This document shows, piece by piece, positions 10,192-20,051 of a stretch of 64,000 bases of DNA. Under the pieces are notes generated by a model that was given only the letters and a program-made list of their open reading frames with translations, was not told the origin of the DNA and did no database searches. Source of the stretch: a virus; the IMG/VR virus record IMGVR_UViG_3300042889_001061, positions 1-64,000 of that record; one strand, written 5' to 3'. The position numbers and the translations under genes were made by a program. Positions within the stretch are counted from its first letter, which is position 1. Each line of letters opens with the position of its first letter.

Positions 10192-10375
10192 AGATAAATT
10201 ACGCAAACTCGCTGGCATTGATAAGAATGCCCCTAGTCCTATCACCGGCGAGATCGGAACTGACAAAGGTGAGTATATGCGTAAGAATAATATTCGTCCA
10301 GGCACCGACGAATGGTTTAAGTTATGGTTTGCTAGACCAAAATTAACTGGCGAAAATCCCACACCTAAAAAGTAA
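10184..10375 (+). CDS. Small virion-associated protein
   Basis: KLRKLAGI and IRPGTDEWFKLWF motifs; overlaps previous stop. Confidence 0.55.
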   Translation: MDKDKLRKLAGIDKNAPSPITGEIGTDKGEYMRKNNIRPGTDEWFKLWFARPKLTGENPTPKK

Positions 10376-10383
10376 AATATTCA

Positions 10384-10412
10384 TTGACAACTAGATTCTA
10401 ATGCTATATACT
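10384..10412 (+). promoter_or_regulatory. sigma70-type promoter
   Basis: TTGACA-17bp-TATACT. Confidence 0.75.
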
Positions 10413-10418
10413 AGCACT

Positions 10419-10904
10419 ATGAATATATATTTAGACATGGACGATGTAGTAGCAGACTGGATGGCAACTGCTAGAGAAATGGTCAAGCGTGACTGGAATT
10501 ACGGAGAACGGATTCCAGACAGCGACTGGAAAAAACTTCAAACACGACAACGTTTTTATCGAGATCTTCCTAAAAAGTCGGGTGCCGATGAACTTGTACA
10601 ATGGTGCAGAGATTACAGAGACCGTACTGGCTGCGGTTTGTTCTTCTTAACAGCACTACCACATGACTATACAATGCCCTATGCTGCCAGCGACAAAATA
10701 TGGTGGGCGCATGAACGCTATCCTGATATCACAGTGTTCTTTGGTCCGTTTAGTCACGACAAATATCGCCATTGTCAAGAAGGCGATATCCTTATTGATG
10801 ATAGAACAAGTAACTGTAGTGAATGGCGTAGTGCTGGCGGGTTATCTCATATATACAAACAATGGCCCGAATGTAAAATCTGGTTAGAGGAGACATTAAA
10901 ATGA
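10419..10904 (+). CDS. HAD-family 5'(3')-deoxyribonucleotidase
   Basis: IYLDMDDVVAD motif I, FLTA motif II, ILIDDR motif IV. Confidence 0.85.
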   Translation: MNIYLDMDDVVADWMATAREMVKRDWNYGERIPDSDWKKLQTRQRFYRDLPKKSGADELVQWCRDYRDRTGCGLFFLTALPHDYTMPYAASDKIWWAHERYPDITVFFGPFSHDKYRHCQEGDILIDDRTSNCSEWRSAGGLSHIYKQWPECKIWLEETLK

Positions 10905-11533
10905 TTATCGGAGTATGTGGTTTTATTGGCAGCGGCAAAGATACTATTGCAGACTATCTGGTAAACGTACACGGCTTTCGTCGTGAAAGTTTTGCTAATA
11001 CATTAAAAGATGCAGTAGCCGCAGTGTTCGGCTGGGACAGGGTTATGCTGGAAGGTCGTACTAAAGAAGCACGTGAATGGCGAGAACAAGTGGATCCTTG
11101 GTGGGCAGAACGATTGAACTTGCCCGATCTAACACCACGGTGGGTATTACAGCAATGGGGTACGGAAGTGTGCAGACGAGGCTTTCATGACGACATCTGG
11201 ATCGCCAGTGTAGAAAATAAATTACGTAGAAGCAAAGATAATATTGTTATCAGTGATTGTAGATTTCCTAATGAAATAGCCAGTATTAAAAATGCCAGCG
11301 GCATTATTGTTTGTGTTAACCGTGGAGAATTGCCCAGTTGGCATATTATGGCCGCCAAGGCAAATGAAGGAGATGTATTTGCTGCCGAAAAGCTCAAAGC
11401 ATTAGGAGTTCATGCCAGCGAAACAGCATGGGTTGGCACTAAATTTGATTATATGTTAGATAACAATTCTACATTAGACTCTTTGTTTAATCAGGTAGAA
11501 ACAGTGGTGCAACCTGATACTGAGAAAATATGA
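10901..11533 (+). CDS. Deoxynucleoside monophosphate kinase
   Basis: GFIGSGKDT P-loop, SFANTLKD, TPRWVLQQWGTE, ISDCRFPNE, HASE. Confidence 0.9.
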   Translation: MIIGVCGFIGSGKDTIADYLVNVHGFRRESFANTLKDAVAAVFGWDRVMLEGRTKEAREWREQVDPWWAERLNLPDLTPRWVLQQWGTEVCRRGFHDDIWIASVENKLRRSKDNIVISDCRFPNEIASIKNASGIIVCVNRGELPSWHIMAAKANEGDVFAAEKLKALGVHASETAWVGTKFDYMLDNNSTLDSLFNQVETVVQPDTEKI

Positions 11534-11600
11534 ATTTCGCTAAATAGCCTGATTTCTCCGAAATAGTATAAATATGTATAACCTATAGAGGAGAAAACAA

Positions 11601-14030
11601 ATGGCACTAACATCACCAGGCGTAGAAGTTTCGATTATTGACCAAAGTCAATTTGGATCTGCTGGCCAAGGAACAGTTCCTTTAATTATTTTAGCCACAC
11701 AATCTAATAAAGATAACGTAAGTGGTACTGGCTTTGCAACAGGAACAATTCCTGCAAATGCCAACAAACCTTATTTACTAACAAGTCAACGTGAACTTGT
11801 TGAACAATTTGGTCAACCTAAATTTAAAACAGTAAACGGTACAGCAATACACGGTTCAGAAGTAAACGAATACGGACTAATGGCAGCTTATAGCTATTTA
11901 GGTCTTGCTAACCGTGCTTATGTACTACGTGCAGATATTGATCTGCTACAATTAGAACCAACAGACATTGAACCAGCAGGCGCACCTACCAATGGTACAT
12001 ACTGGTTAGACTTGGCTAATACAAGCTGGGGTATTTTTGAAGCATCAGCAATTGGTACATCTAGCTGGGTTACAAAAACTCCTTTAGTTATCACCGACTC
12101 TGCCGATACTGTCAGTTCTGCAGGTGTAGTTCCTGCTACTTCAATTGGCGCCAATGGTGATTATGCAGTTGTAGCAACTTCTACAGTTTCTAGTTATCAA
12201 GTATATAAAAAAATATCAGGCGCTTGGGAAATTTGTACAACAGCAAACTCTGCAATTTCCACAGTTTTTGTTTCAGCTCACTATAATATTCCTACAGCAA
12301 CAGCGGCTGGTGATGTATGGTTAAAGACTACAAGTCCTAACAATGGTTTAAGTTTAGCAGTTAAAAAATATGTAAGTGCTAATATTCCAGACAATAGCCC
12401 ATGGGTAGTTGTAGCAACTCCAGTTTATGTCAATGACTCGGCAGCTACTACAGGTTTTGCAAGTGCATTATCTGCAGGTAAAGTATATGCTAAAGCAGAC
12501 ACCGGAAGTGCCAATGTAGAATTACGTTATTATGACGGCAGCAACTGGAATGCATTAAATGAACAATCTGGTGCTAGTGCTCCGGTAGGCGCAACAATAG
12601 ACGGTACATTGTGGTACAATACTAGTTTGGCAGTTGACTTATATGTAAAAGCAAATAGTCAATGGGAACCAATAGGCAGCGATATCACTATTGATTCTAA
12701 TGCTCCAAGTAGTCCTGCAAACGGTGATTTCTGGATTGACAGTAGCGATGTAGAAAACTATCCTGGAATTTATGAATACGATGGTAGTTCTTGGGTTTCT
12801 CGCAATGTAACAGACCAAACAACTCCTAACGGTGTTGTATTTGCTGATTTAACCGTTACAGCTAGTGATACTACAAATGGCACAGGTGGAGCAACAGCAG
12901 TTGACGAAAATGCTCCTGATCCTTTATTGTATCCAAATGGTATTTTATTATGGAATGGTATCGTTTCAACAGGTAACGTTAAACAATACAGTGATGTATT
13001 GGATGCCAGTGGTGTTGCTACGGGCGACAAGGCATGGTTTACATTCAGCGGTAACAAAGAAGACGGTAGCCCATATATGTTGCGTAAAGCACAACGTCGA
13101 GCAGTAGTTAAATCATTACAAAGCGCGGTTGCCAGCAATGAAACAATTCGTGAAGAAATGACCTTCTTTACTTTGATTGCGGCTCCAGGTTATCCAGAAC
13201 TAATCGACGAAATGTTGTCATTGAATACAGACCGTAAAGAAACAGCATTTGTTATTGTCGATACTCCAATGCGTTTAGCCCCACAAGGTCAAACATTGAT
13301 CGATTGGATGAGCGGTAATAATGCAAGTAGCACAGGCGAAGATGGTTTAATTGTCAGTGGTGGTTCTGCATATCAGGCAGCATGTTACTACCCAAGTGCA
13401 TTGGCAACTGATTTAAGTGGCAACGATGTTGTTGTTCCAGCAAGTCACGTTGTTCTAAGAACTTATGCATACAACGACCAGGTTGCTTATCCTTGGTTCG
13501 CTCCAGCTGGTTTAACACGCGGTGTTGTAACCAATGCAAGTAACGTGGGTTACATCAACGGAGAAGGCGAATTTATACCAGTGGCATTGACAACAGGTCA
13601 GCGTGATACATTGTATGGCGATGGCAGTAGAGTTGGTTTAAATCCAATTGCACGTTTCCCAGGACAAGGTGTTTATGTTTTCGGTCAGAAAACATTACAA
13701 ACTGGTTCTAGTGCATTAGATAGAGTTAACGTTGCTCGTTTATTGGCTTACTTACGTGAGCGTTTTGATCCGCTGGCTCGTCCGTTTATATTTGAACCCA
13801 ACGACAAGATCACTCGTGCTAATGTAAAACAAGTTTTTGATAGTTTCTTAGGTGAGTTGCTTGCCAAACGTGCTATCTATGACTTCATTGTTGTCTGTGA
13901 TGAAACAAACAACACCCCTGCCAGAATTGACAGAAATGAATTATATGTTGATGTTGCCATCGAGCCAGTTAAGGCCGCTGAGTTCATTTACATTCCAGTT
14001 CGTGTTGTCAACACAGGCGAGTTATCATAA
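11601..14030 (+). CDS. Contractile tail sheath protein
   Basis: SPGVEVSIID start; PWFAPAGLTRG, NPI, GQKT, ALDRVNVARL, FEPND, CDETNNTP; TATAAATA at 11567. Confidence 0.95.
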   Translation: MALTSPGVEVSIIDQSQFGSAGQGTVPLIILATQSNKDNVSGTGFATGTIPANANKPYLLTSQRELVEQFGQPKFKTVNGTAIHGSEVNEYGLMAAYSYLGLANRAYVLRADIDLLQLEPTDIEPAGAPTNGTYWLDLANTSWGIFEASAIGTSSWVTKTPLVITDSADTVSSAGVVPATSIGANGDYAVVATSTVSSYQVYKKISGAWEICTTANSAISTVFVSAHYNIPTATAAGDVWLKTTSPNNGLSLAVKKYVSANIPDNSPWVVVATPVYVNDSAATTGFASALSAGKVYAKADTGSANVELRYYDGSNWNALNEQSGASAPVGATIDGTLWYNTSLAVDLYVKANSQWEPIGSDITIDSNAPSSPANGDFWIDSSDVENYPGIYEYDGSSWVSRNVTDQTTPNGVVFADLTVTASDTTNGTGGATAVDENAPDPLLYPNGILLWNGIVSTGNVKQYSDVLDASGVATGDKAWFTFSGNKEDGSPYMLRKAQRRAVVKSLQSAVASNETIREEMTFFTLIAAPGYPELIDEMLSLNTDRKETAFVIVDTPMRLAPQGQTLIDWMSGNNASSTGEDGLIVSGGSAYQAACYYPSALATDLSGNDVVVPASHVVLRTYAYNDQVAYPWFAPAGLTRGVVTNASNVGYINGEGEFIPVALTTGQRDTLYGDGSRVGLNPIARFPGQGVYVFGQKTLQTGSSALDRVNVARLLAYLRERFDPLARPFIFEPNDKITRANVKQVFDSFLGELLAKRAIYDFIVVCDETNNTPARIDRNELYVDVAIEPVKAAEFIYIPVRVVNTGELS

Positions 14031-14061
14031 TGATAAATAACATAGCCGAAGGAGAAACAAC

Positions 14062-14673
14062 ATGGCAGATTTAACACAATTTGGAGTTCCAACAACAGGC
14101 ACTAATGCAATGGTGATGCCTAAACTCCAATATCGATTCAGAGTTAACTTGTATAACTTTGGTAGAAACAACGGTAGTACTGTTGAGATGACACAGAATG
14201 TAGTTAGTGTAAATAGACCTAGTCTAACACACGATGAAATTACTTTGGATGCTTACAACAGTCGTGCTTACCTTGCTGGCAAGCACAGCTGGGAACCAAT
14301 TACTTTAACTTTACGCGACGACATCAACGGTACAGTTACCAAGCATGTAGCAAGTCAATTACAGAAACAATTAAACCAAGGTTTACAAAGTGCTCCAACA
14401 GCAGGACGTGACTATAAGTTTGGTATGGTAATTGAACAGCTAGATGGTAGTCAACCAGGGTTAGTCATTGAAAGCTGGAGTTTAAATGGATGTTTCATCC
14501 AAAACGTAAACTACGGTGAAAACAATTACGCAACTAGTGATGTAATGCAAATTACACTACAGATCCGATATGATGCCGCAGACATTCACGGCGATGCAGT
14601 CGGTGCAGCCACTACACAAGGCGCATTGACTACTGGCGTATTACCGATTGGCGCAGGCAACTCTGCAACATAA
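14062..14673 (+). CDS. Tail tube protein
   Basis: PKLQYRFRV, AGKHSWEPITLTLRDD, W.L.GCF; follows sheath. Confidence 0.85.
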   Translation: MADLTQFGVPTTGTNAMVMPKLQYRFRVNLYNFGRNNGSTVEMTQNVVSVNRPSLTHDEITLDAYNSRAYLAGKHSWEPITLTLRDDINGTVTKHVASQLQKQLNQGLQSAPTAGRDYKFGMVIEQLDGSQPGLVIESWSLNGCFIQNVNYGENNYATSDVMQITLQIRYDAADIHGDAVGAATTQGALTTGVLPIGAGNSAT

Positions 14674-14682
14674 GGATAATAC

Positions 14683-15567
14683 ATGGCGGCATTAACTGAC
14701 GCTATGAAATGGTACAACTTAGGCGGGCTTAAAGCGGCCCGCCTAAAGTTCCATTTTAAAGTAGAAATCTTTAGCGCACAATATACAGCAGAACTTCAAA
14801 CACCAGCTAGGCTGATATTTGATGCTGTTCGTACGATTGAACTTCCTAAGTATAGCATAGAAACAGAAGTAGCAAACGCATGGAACGTGCGTCAACCTAT
14901 CCCAACTAAAATTAACTTTGAACCGATCAGTATCTCATTTACTGATACGTTAGATAACAGGTTTCAAACTTTTATTAAAAACTATATGAACATCATCAGT
15001 GGTAATTTTGCACCACAGACAAAGTCGATGCGTAAAGGCTTTGATGGTTTTGGTATCAGGATGTTAGAGACTGGTAAAGATTGTCCTATAGATAAAATTG
15101 TTATTACTAGATTTTACGGCGCAGATGCTGATAGAGAAAATCTACAAACACCCAGTGTAGTGACATTATGGCGCCCGAAGATTGTCGATGTGCAACATGA
15201 CACATTAGATTATAGTGTCAGCGAAGCAATTACATGGCAAGTAAGTTTACGTTATGAAAGCGTTACATATACTGATAGTACTTCATCGACAGTCAGTAGT
15301 CCGCAAGCAACAACTGGTAGTCCGCAGGCAACTTCTGCCAATCGAGATAACTCTTATGCTAAACAAGTAGAAGAGCAAATTAAATTAAATAACACTATTC
15401 CTCCCAAAGATTTAAATGCAGAAAGTGTAAAGCAATCTCAAACGGCAGCAATGTCGCCTACTAGATCAATCGATCAAGCAGTTAATAGATTAGGAGATCC
15501 AAATGCGGCTCCTTATACAGGTGATGACCCTATAATCAAGGCAAGACTTGCCAGCGGCCGAGGTTAA
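14683..15567 (+). CDS. Tail-tube-like baseplate/tube initiator protein
   Basis: IELPKYSI, FEPISISFTD, HDTLDY tube-fold motifs. Confidence 0.6.
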   Translation: MAALTDAMKWYNLGGLKAARLKFHFKVEIFSAQYTAELQTPARLIFDAVRTIELPKYSIETEVANAWNVRQPIPTKINFEPISISFTDTLDNRFQTFIKNYMNIISGNFAPQTKSMRKGFDGFGIRMLETGKDCPIDKIVITRFYGADADRENLQTPSVVTLWRPKIVDVQHDTLDYSVSEAITWQVSLRYESVTYTDSTSSTVSSPQATTGSPQATSANRDNSYAKQVEEQIKLNNTIPPKDLNAESVKQSQTAAMSPTRSIDQAVNRLGDPNAAPYTGDDPIIKARLASGRG

Positions 15568-15570
15568 CAT

Positions 15571-15849
15571 ATGGCATTAGAAGCATCTAAATATGACGTA
15601 CTTTATGGCAAACTATTAAAATTAGGACTTGCTGTTGATCAAGCAAAGACATTATCAAAAGTGTTATATGATATTAGTATAGAACAAGGCGTATCCACAG
15701 ACGAATTACTAAAGTATGTTAATTCAAATGGGTTGAGATATGACAATGAAGTATATGCATTACTTAATAAGGCCAGAACAAACAGCAGTCAAATTGGATA
15801 TATAGATCAAGACAACATACCTTCCGCGATTGTCAAACAGGCAGTATAA
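15571..15849 (+). CDS. Hypothetical structural-module protein
   Basis: ORF in tail operon. Confidence 0.55.
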   Translation: MALEASKYDVLYGKLLKLGLAVDQAKTLSKVLYDISIEQGVSTDELLKYVNSNGLRYDNEVYALLNKARTNSSQIGYIDQDNIPSAIVKQAV

Positions 15850-16314
15850 ATGGCTTATAACTTTACACAAGGATATTTTACACCTACTAATCCGAGCAAG
15901 TATATAGGTAGTAATAGCCCAAAGTATCGTAGCAGTTGGGAACTAACAGTGATGCGATTCTGTGATAATCACCCAGCGGTTATAGGATGGGCCAGTGAAA
16001 GTTTACGCATACCTTATCGTAATCCATTTACAGGAAAAGACACAACATATTATCCAGACTTCTTAATCACTTACCAAGACAAAGCTGGTAATAAAATCAG
16101 TGAAATTATCGAAGTTAAGCCACGCAAACAAGCTAGACTAGATGAAGCAAACACACAGCAGGAAAAAGCCGCAGTGGTGTTAAATATGGCCAAGTGGGAA
16201 GCATGTAGACTTTGGTGCCAACGTCATGGTATGAAGTTTAGAATACTCACAGAAGAAGATATATATAATAACTGGCAACCACGAACTGCTGCCAAAAGAA
16301 CGAAAAAACGATGA
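15850..16314 (+). CDS. Head completion nuclease (T4 gp4-like)
   Basis: NPSKY, YRSSWE, WASE, YYPDF, IEVKP, KWEA motifs. Confidence 0.9.
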   Translation: MAYNFTQGYFTPTNPSKYIGSNSPKYRSSWELTVMRFCDNHPAVIGWASESLRIPYRNPFTGKDTTYYPDFLITYQDKAGNKISEIIEVKPRKQARLDEANTQQEKAAVVLNMAKWEACRLWCQRHGMKFRILTEEDIYNNWQPRTAAKRTKKR

Positions 16315-16817
16315 CTAAAAAACTTGAAGATTTTTTTAATGTAGAAACTACAGAATCAGATGCAGAGGATCAACTGCCTTTGACAGCCGAAAAAGTAGTT
16401 CCAATAGAAACAACTATCGCTCTAGTTCACGAACAACTGACCATAGCAGATAGAATTGATCGAGCACTGCCTACCGTTAGAGGATTGGACGTAGAAGACA
16501 GAGATTTAGATGATTATGCAGAACGTGCCATGGAAAGTTTCGAGCGTTTAATGGATCTTGGCTATAATATGGATGATAGAAATGCAGGTAAAGTATTTGA
16601 AGTAGCCAGTACCATGATGAATAATGCCATTTCTGCTAAAACAGCCAAGTTGGACAAGAAGCTAAAGATGATCGATCTACAGTTAAAGGCAGCTAAACTA
16701 GCACAAACAGCCAAAACTGAAGATGATAATAGCCCACAAGGCCTGGGTGATTTAACTACAGATCGCAATGCTATATTGAATCTAATCAGCCAGAACCTTA
16801 AAAACAAAGATAAATAA
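16311..16817 (+). CDS. Putative terminase small subunit
   Basis: Helical acidic ORF, FEVASTMM..A, DRNAIL end; position upstream of TerL. Confidence 0.5.
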   Translation: MTKKLEDFFNVETTESDAEDQLPLTAEKVVPIETTIALVHEQLTIADRIDRALPTVRGLDVEDRDLDDYAERAMESFERLMDLGYNMDDRNAGKVFEVASTMMNNAISAKTAKLDKKLKMIDLQLKAAKLAQTAKTEDDNSPQGLGDLTTDRNAILNLISQNLKNKDK

Positions 16818-16834
16818 AGTATCGGAGAAACGAA

Positions 16835-17464
16835 ATGCCTACTCTATTTGAATACATTGAACAACTAAAAGAAAAACACGAAGTGCGTGTTAAATTCGCC
16901 TGCGAAGTAACAGACGAAATGATGGACAAGATTGAGCGTCACTTGCAAAAGTATGATGCTGAAAAAGTCTCAAGTCCAAGCAAAACAATTTTACAAGCTC
17001 GTCCATTAGACTTTCCTAACTTGGACATGGGTGAGATTTATATCATTGATTTTACTAGCAACTTGCCAGTAAGTAATCACATGCTTAAACAAGAACTAGC
17101 AAAACTATTAAATGTCAGTGAAGGACTGGTCGTTGTTCGTGGTGTAAACGAAGATCGTGAGATAGAACAAGAAGAAGAAAAGTTTCAAGATAAAAAAGAA
17201 GAATATAAAGTTAAGTTGGGCGCAGACTATGACAAAAGCGAAGGCAGTGATGTCAAAGCCGCAGAAGTATTCGGCGACAAGTTTAACGGTAGTTTATTAA
17301 AAGAACTTAAAAAGATCAGTGACAGCAAAAAGAAGGAAATTAAAACTCCAAAGATTGTTAAAGATCCAGACGTTCCTGCAAGCACACCAGTGATTGGTGA
17401 CAGCGCAACAACTAACAAAAAAAGTCCAGTGGCTAATCGCGGTCCAGTGATTGCTAAGAAATAA
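16835..17464 (+). CDS. Late protein, unknown function
   Basis: GATAAATA promoter, GGAG RBS; PLDFP motif. Confidence 0.6.
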   Translation: MPTLFEYIEQLKEKHEVRVKFACEVTDEMMDKIERHLQKYDAEKVSSPSKTILQARPLDFPNLDMGEIYIIDFTSNLPVSNHMLKQELAKLLNVSEGLVVVRGVNEDREIEQEEEKFQDKKEEYKVKLGADYDKSEGSDVKAAEVFGDKFNGSLLKELKKISDSKKKEIKTPKIVKDPDVPASTPVIGDSATTNKKSPVANRGPVIAKK

Positions 17465-17475
17465 GGAAAAATATT

Positions 17476-18498
17476 ATGAACAGTTTACATGATTTAATGA
17501 AACGACTAAGCAGTATTGGCCAAGTCACTGAAGCAGAAGAAAAATGCTCCGAATGTGGTTGCACTCCATGTGAGTGCGATGACAAAGACAAAGTCGACGA
17601 AGCTAAAAAGCCAGATGCTGACAAAGATGGTATTCCTGATTGGGCTGACAAGGACGAAGAAAAAGTCGACGAAGGCGCATTAGATACATTAAAGAAATTC
17701 GGCAAAAAAGCATTGGACACATTAGGTCATCCTGATGATGAAGAAATGATTAAAGATTTACAAAGAAAAGTCGGTGTACCGCAGACAGGTAAAAAACCCG
17801 GCGAAGAAGAAAAATCAATGAAAGAAAGTGCTTTAAATTTATTACGCAGATACGCTGGTATTCAAGAAGCAACGATCGATGAAGACGATGTCGAAGAAGG
17901 AAATGAATTCAGTGGTGCATTAAAAGCAGCCAAGGCCGCAGGTCAAGAAGAATTTGAAGTAGGCGGTAAAAAATATAAAGTAAACGAATGCGGCGACATG
18001 CACATGCCAATGGGCTCCGAAATGAGTCCAATGAGTGCTGTCAGCGACATGGCCAGTCCTATTCAAGTTATCGGAAATCCTGAAGCTGAAGTAGAACCAG
18101 AAGGTCCGCACATGGAAGTTCCTATGGCAGCAGAAACTCCAAAAGCAACATACACATTGAATATTCAAAATGGCGAAAACAATTTAAGTATGACAACTGA
18201 CATGCCTGATGAAATTATTCACATCATGAAGTTAGCTGGTGTTAACAACGGTGCCAAAGTAAGCAAAAAAGAAATGCCGGCAGATGGTGAACAAGAAGTA
18301 GAAGAGTCTGGTTATGAAAATACTCCGGACAATACTCGAGCACGTGATCCACAGGCACATGGCGACATCCGTGATTGGGGACAAAAAGGCACCGGCTCAG
18401 GCAAACCAAACTATCCTGGTACACGTGCCAGTGGCGACAACCCAATGAGCGAACAGCGTATGATGGAAGATTACAAACACTTTAAAGCGGGCAAATGA
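17476..18498 (+). CDS. Acidic head/prohead-core-like protein
   Basis: Very acidic, repeated (V/I)xE sites, LLRRYAGI / IMKLAGV motifs, FEVGGKKYKV. Confidence 0.55.
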   Translation: MNSLHDLMKRLSSIGQVTEAEEKCSECGCTPCECDDKDKVDEAKKPDADKDGIPDWADKDEEKVDEGALDTLKKFGKKALDTLGHPDDEEMIKDLQRKVGVPQTGKKPGEEEKSMKESALNLLRRYAGIQEATIDEDDVEEGNEFSGALKAAKAAGQEEFEVGGKKYKVNECGDMHMPMGSEMSPMSAVSDMASPIQVIGNPEAEVEPEGPHMEVPMAAETPKATYTLNIQNGENNLSMTTDMPDEIIHIMKLAGVNNGAKVSKKEMPADGEQEVEESGYENTPDNTRARDPQAHGDIRDWGQKGTGSGKPNYPGTRASGDNPMSEQRMMEDYKHFKAGK

Positions 18499-20030
18499 GC
18501 GGTCAAGCGGTTTTAGTAAAACAGCCATACAAAAAAGAAAATTATACAGAGAATCAGATAGCGGAGATTGTAAAATCCGCTACTGATCCTATATACTTCA
18601 TTGGCGAGTATATGTGGATACAACATCCCACAAAAGGTCGTGTTAAGTTCGAACTCTACGACTATCAAATTGAATTAATCAACGCTTATCAAAATCACAA
18701 ATATAGTATTAATATGCTTGGCCGACAAATGGGCAAGTCAACTTGTGCCGCAGGTTACTTGTTATGGTTCGCTATGTTTGTTCCAGACAGTACGATTCTT
18801 ATTGCCGCACACAAATACACAGGCTCGCAGGAGATCATGCAACGTGTGCGCTTTATGTATGAAAGTCTGCCTGAATGGATTAAAGCAGGCGCAGTAAGTT
18901 ACAATAAAGGTAGCATTGATTTTGATAATGGCAGTCGTATTGTCAGTGCCACAACAACAGAAAATACTGGTCGTGGTATGAGTATTACCTTAGTATACTT
19001 AGACGAGTTTGCTTTCGTTCCGCCGCGTATTGCTAAAGAATTCTGGACAGCACTAAGCCCAACACTATCAACAGGTGGTAAATGTATTATTACAAGCACA
19101 CCTAACCAAGACAATGACCAATTCGCACAGATTTGGAACGATGCCATTAAAAAGTTTGACGAGTTCGGCAACGACCGTGAAGTGGGTAAAAATGGCTTTA
19201 AGAGCATTAAGTACATTTGGAGTGACCATCCTGACCGAGACGAGGCCTGGGCAGACCACGAACGCAGTAAGATTGGCAATGAACGTTTCATGCGTGAACA
19301 TGAATGCTTGTTCATTACAGCAGATGAAACTTTAATCAGTAGTTTAGTTCTTACAAACTTGCAAGGTGAAGATCCCTATGAACGAGTAGGACAACTTAGA
19401 GTATATACTCCCATTGACAAAGATAAGATATATGTAGCAGCCTGGGATCCTAGTTTAGGTACTGGTGGTGATGCAGCCGCCATAGAGATTTTTAGTTTAC
19501 CTGACTTAGTTCAAGTAGCAGAGTGGCAACACAACAAAACAGATATACGTGGACAGCTAAGAAATTTTATTACTATACTGGATTGGTTACGTGAAAAAGG
19601 TGCGAGCAATGACAATATCTATTGGAGTGTGGAAAACAATACTCTGGGCGAAGCCGCACTAGTTGCTATTCAAGAATACGGCGAAGAACGTATTGCTGGA
19701 CATTTTATCAGCGAAGCCGGCGCTAAACGTCGTGGCTTTAACACAACAAATAAAAGTAAAATAGCCGCTTGTACCAAATTAAAATACTACATCGAAAGCA
19801 GTAAAATGCACCCAAAAAGTAAGAGTTTAGTTCAAGAATTAAAAACCTTTGTGGCCAAAGGAACTAGCTTTGCAGCCAAAGAAGGAGAAACAGATGATTT
19901 GGTCATGGGTACAATACTAGCAGTTAGACTAATCGAATATGTTATGAAGTATGACGAAGCAACATATAACACGCTAGTCGAACGAAACAGCGGCGATTAT
20001 TTACAACCCATGCCAATTGGAATAATTTAA
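18495..20030 (+). CDS. terL: Terminase large subunit (T4 gp17-like)
   Basis: RQMGKST Walker A, YLDEFAF Walker B, ITSTP, WDPSLGTGGD and DDLV nuclease acids. Confidence 0.95.
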   Translation: MSGQAVLVKQPYKKENYTENQIAEIVKSATDPIYFIGEYMWIQHPTKGRVKFELYDYQIELINAYQNHKYSINMLGRQMGKSTCAAGYLLWFAMFVPDSTILIAAHKYTGSQEIMQRVRFMYESLPEWIKAGAVSYNKGSIDFDNGSRIVSATTTENTGRGMSITLVYLDEFAFVPPRIAKEFWTALSPTLSTGGKCIITSTPNQDNDQFAQIWNDAIKKFDEFGNDREVGKNGFKSIKYIWSDHPDRDEAWADHERSKIGNERFMREHECLFITADETLISSLVLTNLQGEDPYERVGQLRVYTPIDKDKIYVAAWDPSLGTGGDAAAIEIFSLPDLVQVAEWQHNKTDIRGQLRNFITILDWLREKGASNDNIYWSVENNTLGEAALVAIQEYGEERIAGHFISEAGAKRRGFNTTNKSKIAACTKLKYYIESSKMHPKSKSLVQELKTFVAKGTSFAAKEGETDDLVMGTILAVRLIEYVMKYDEATYNTLVERNSGDYLQPMPIGII

Positions 20031-20051
20031 TTAAAATAGGTAAATAAGTGT

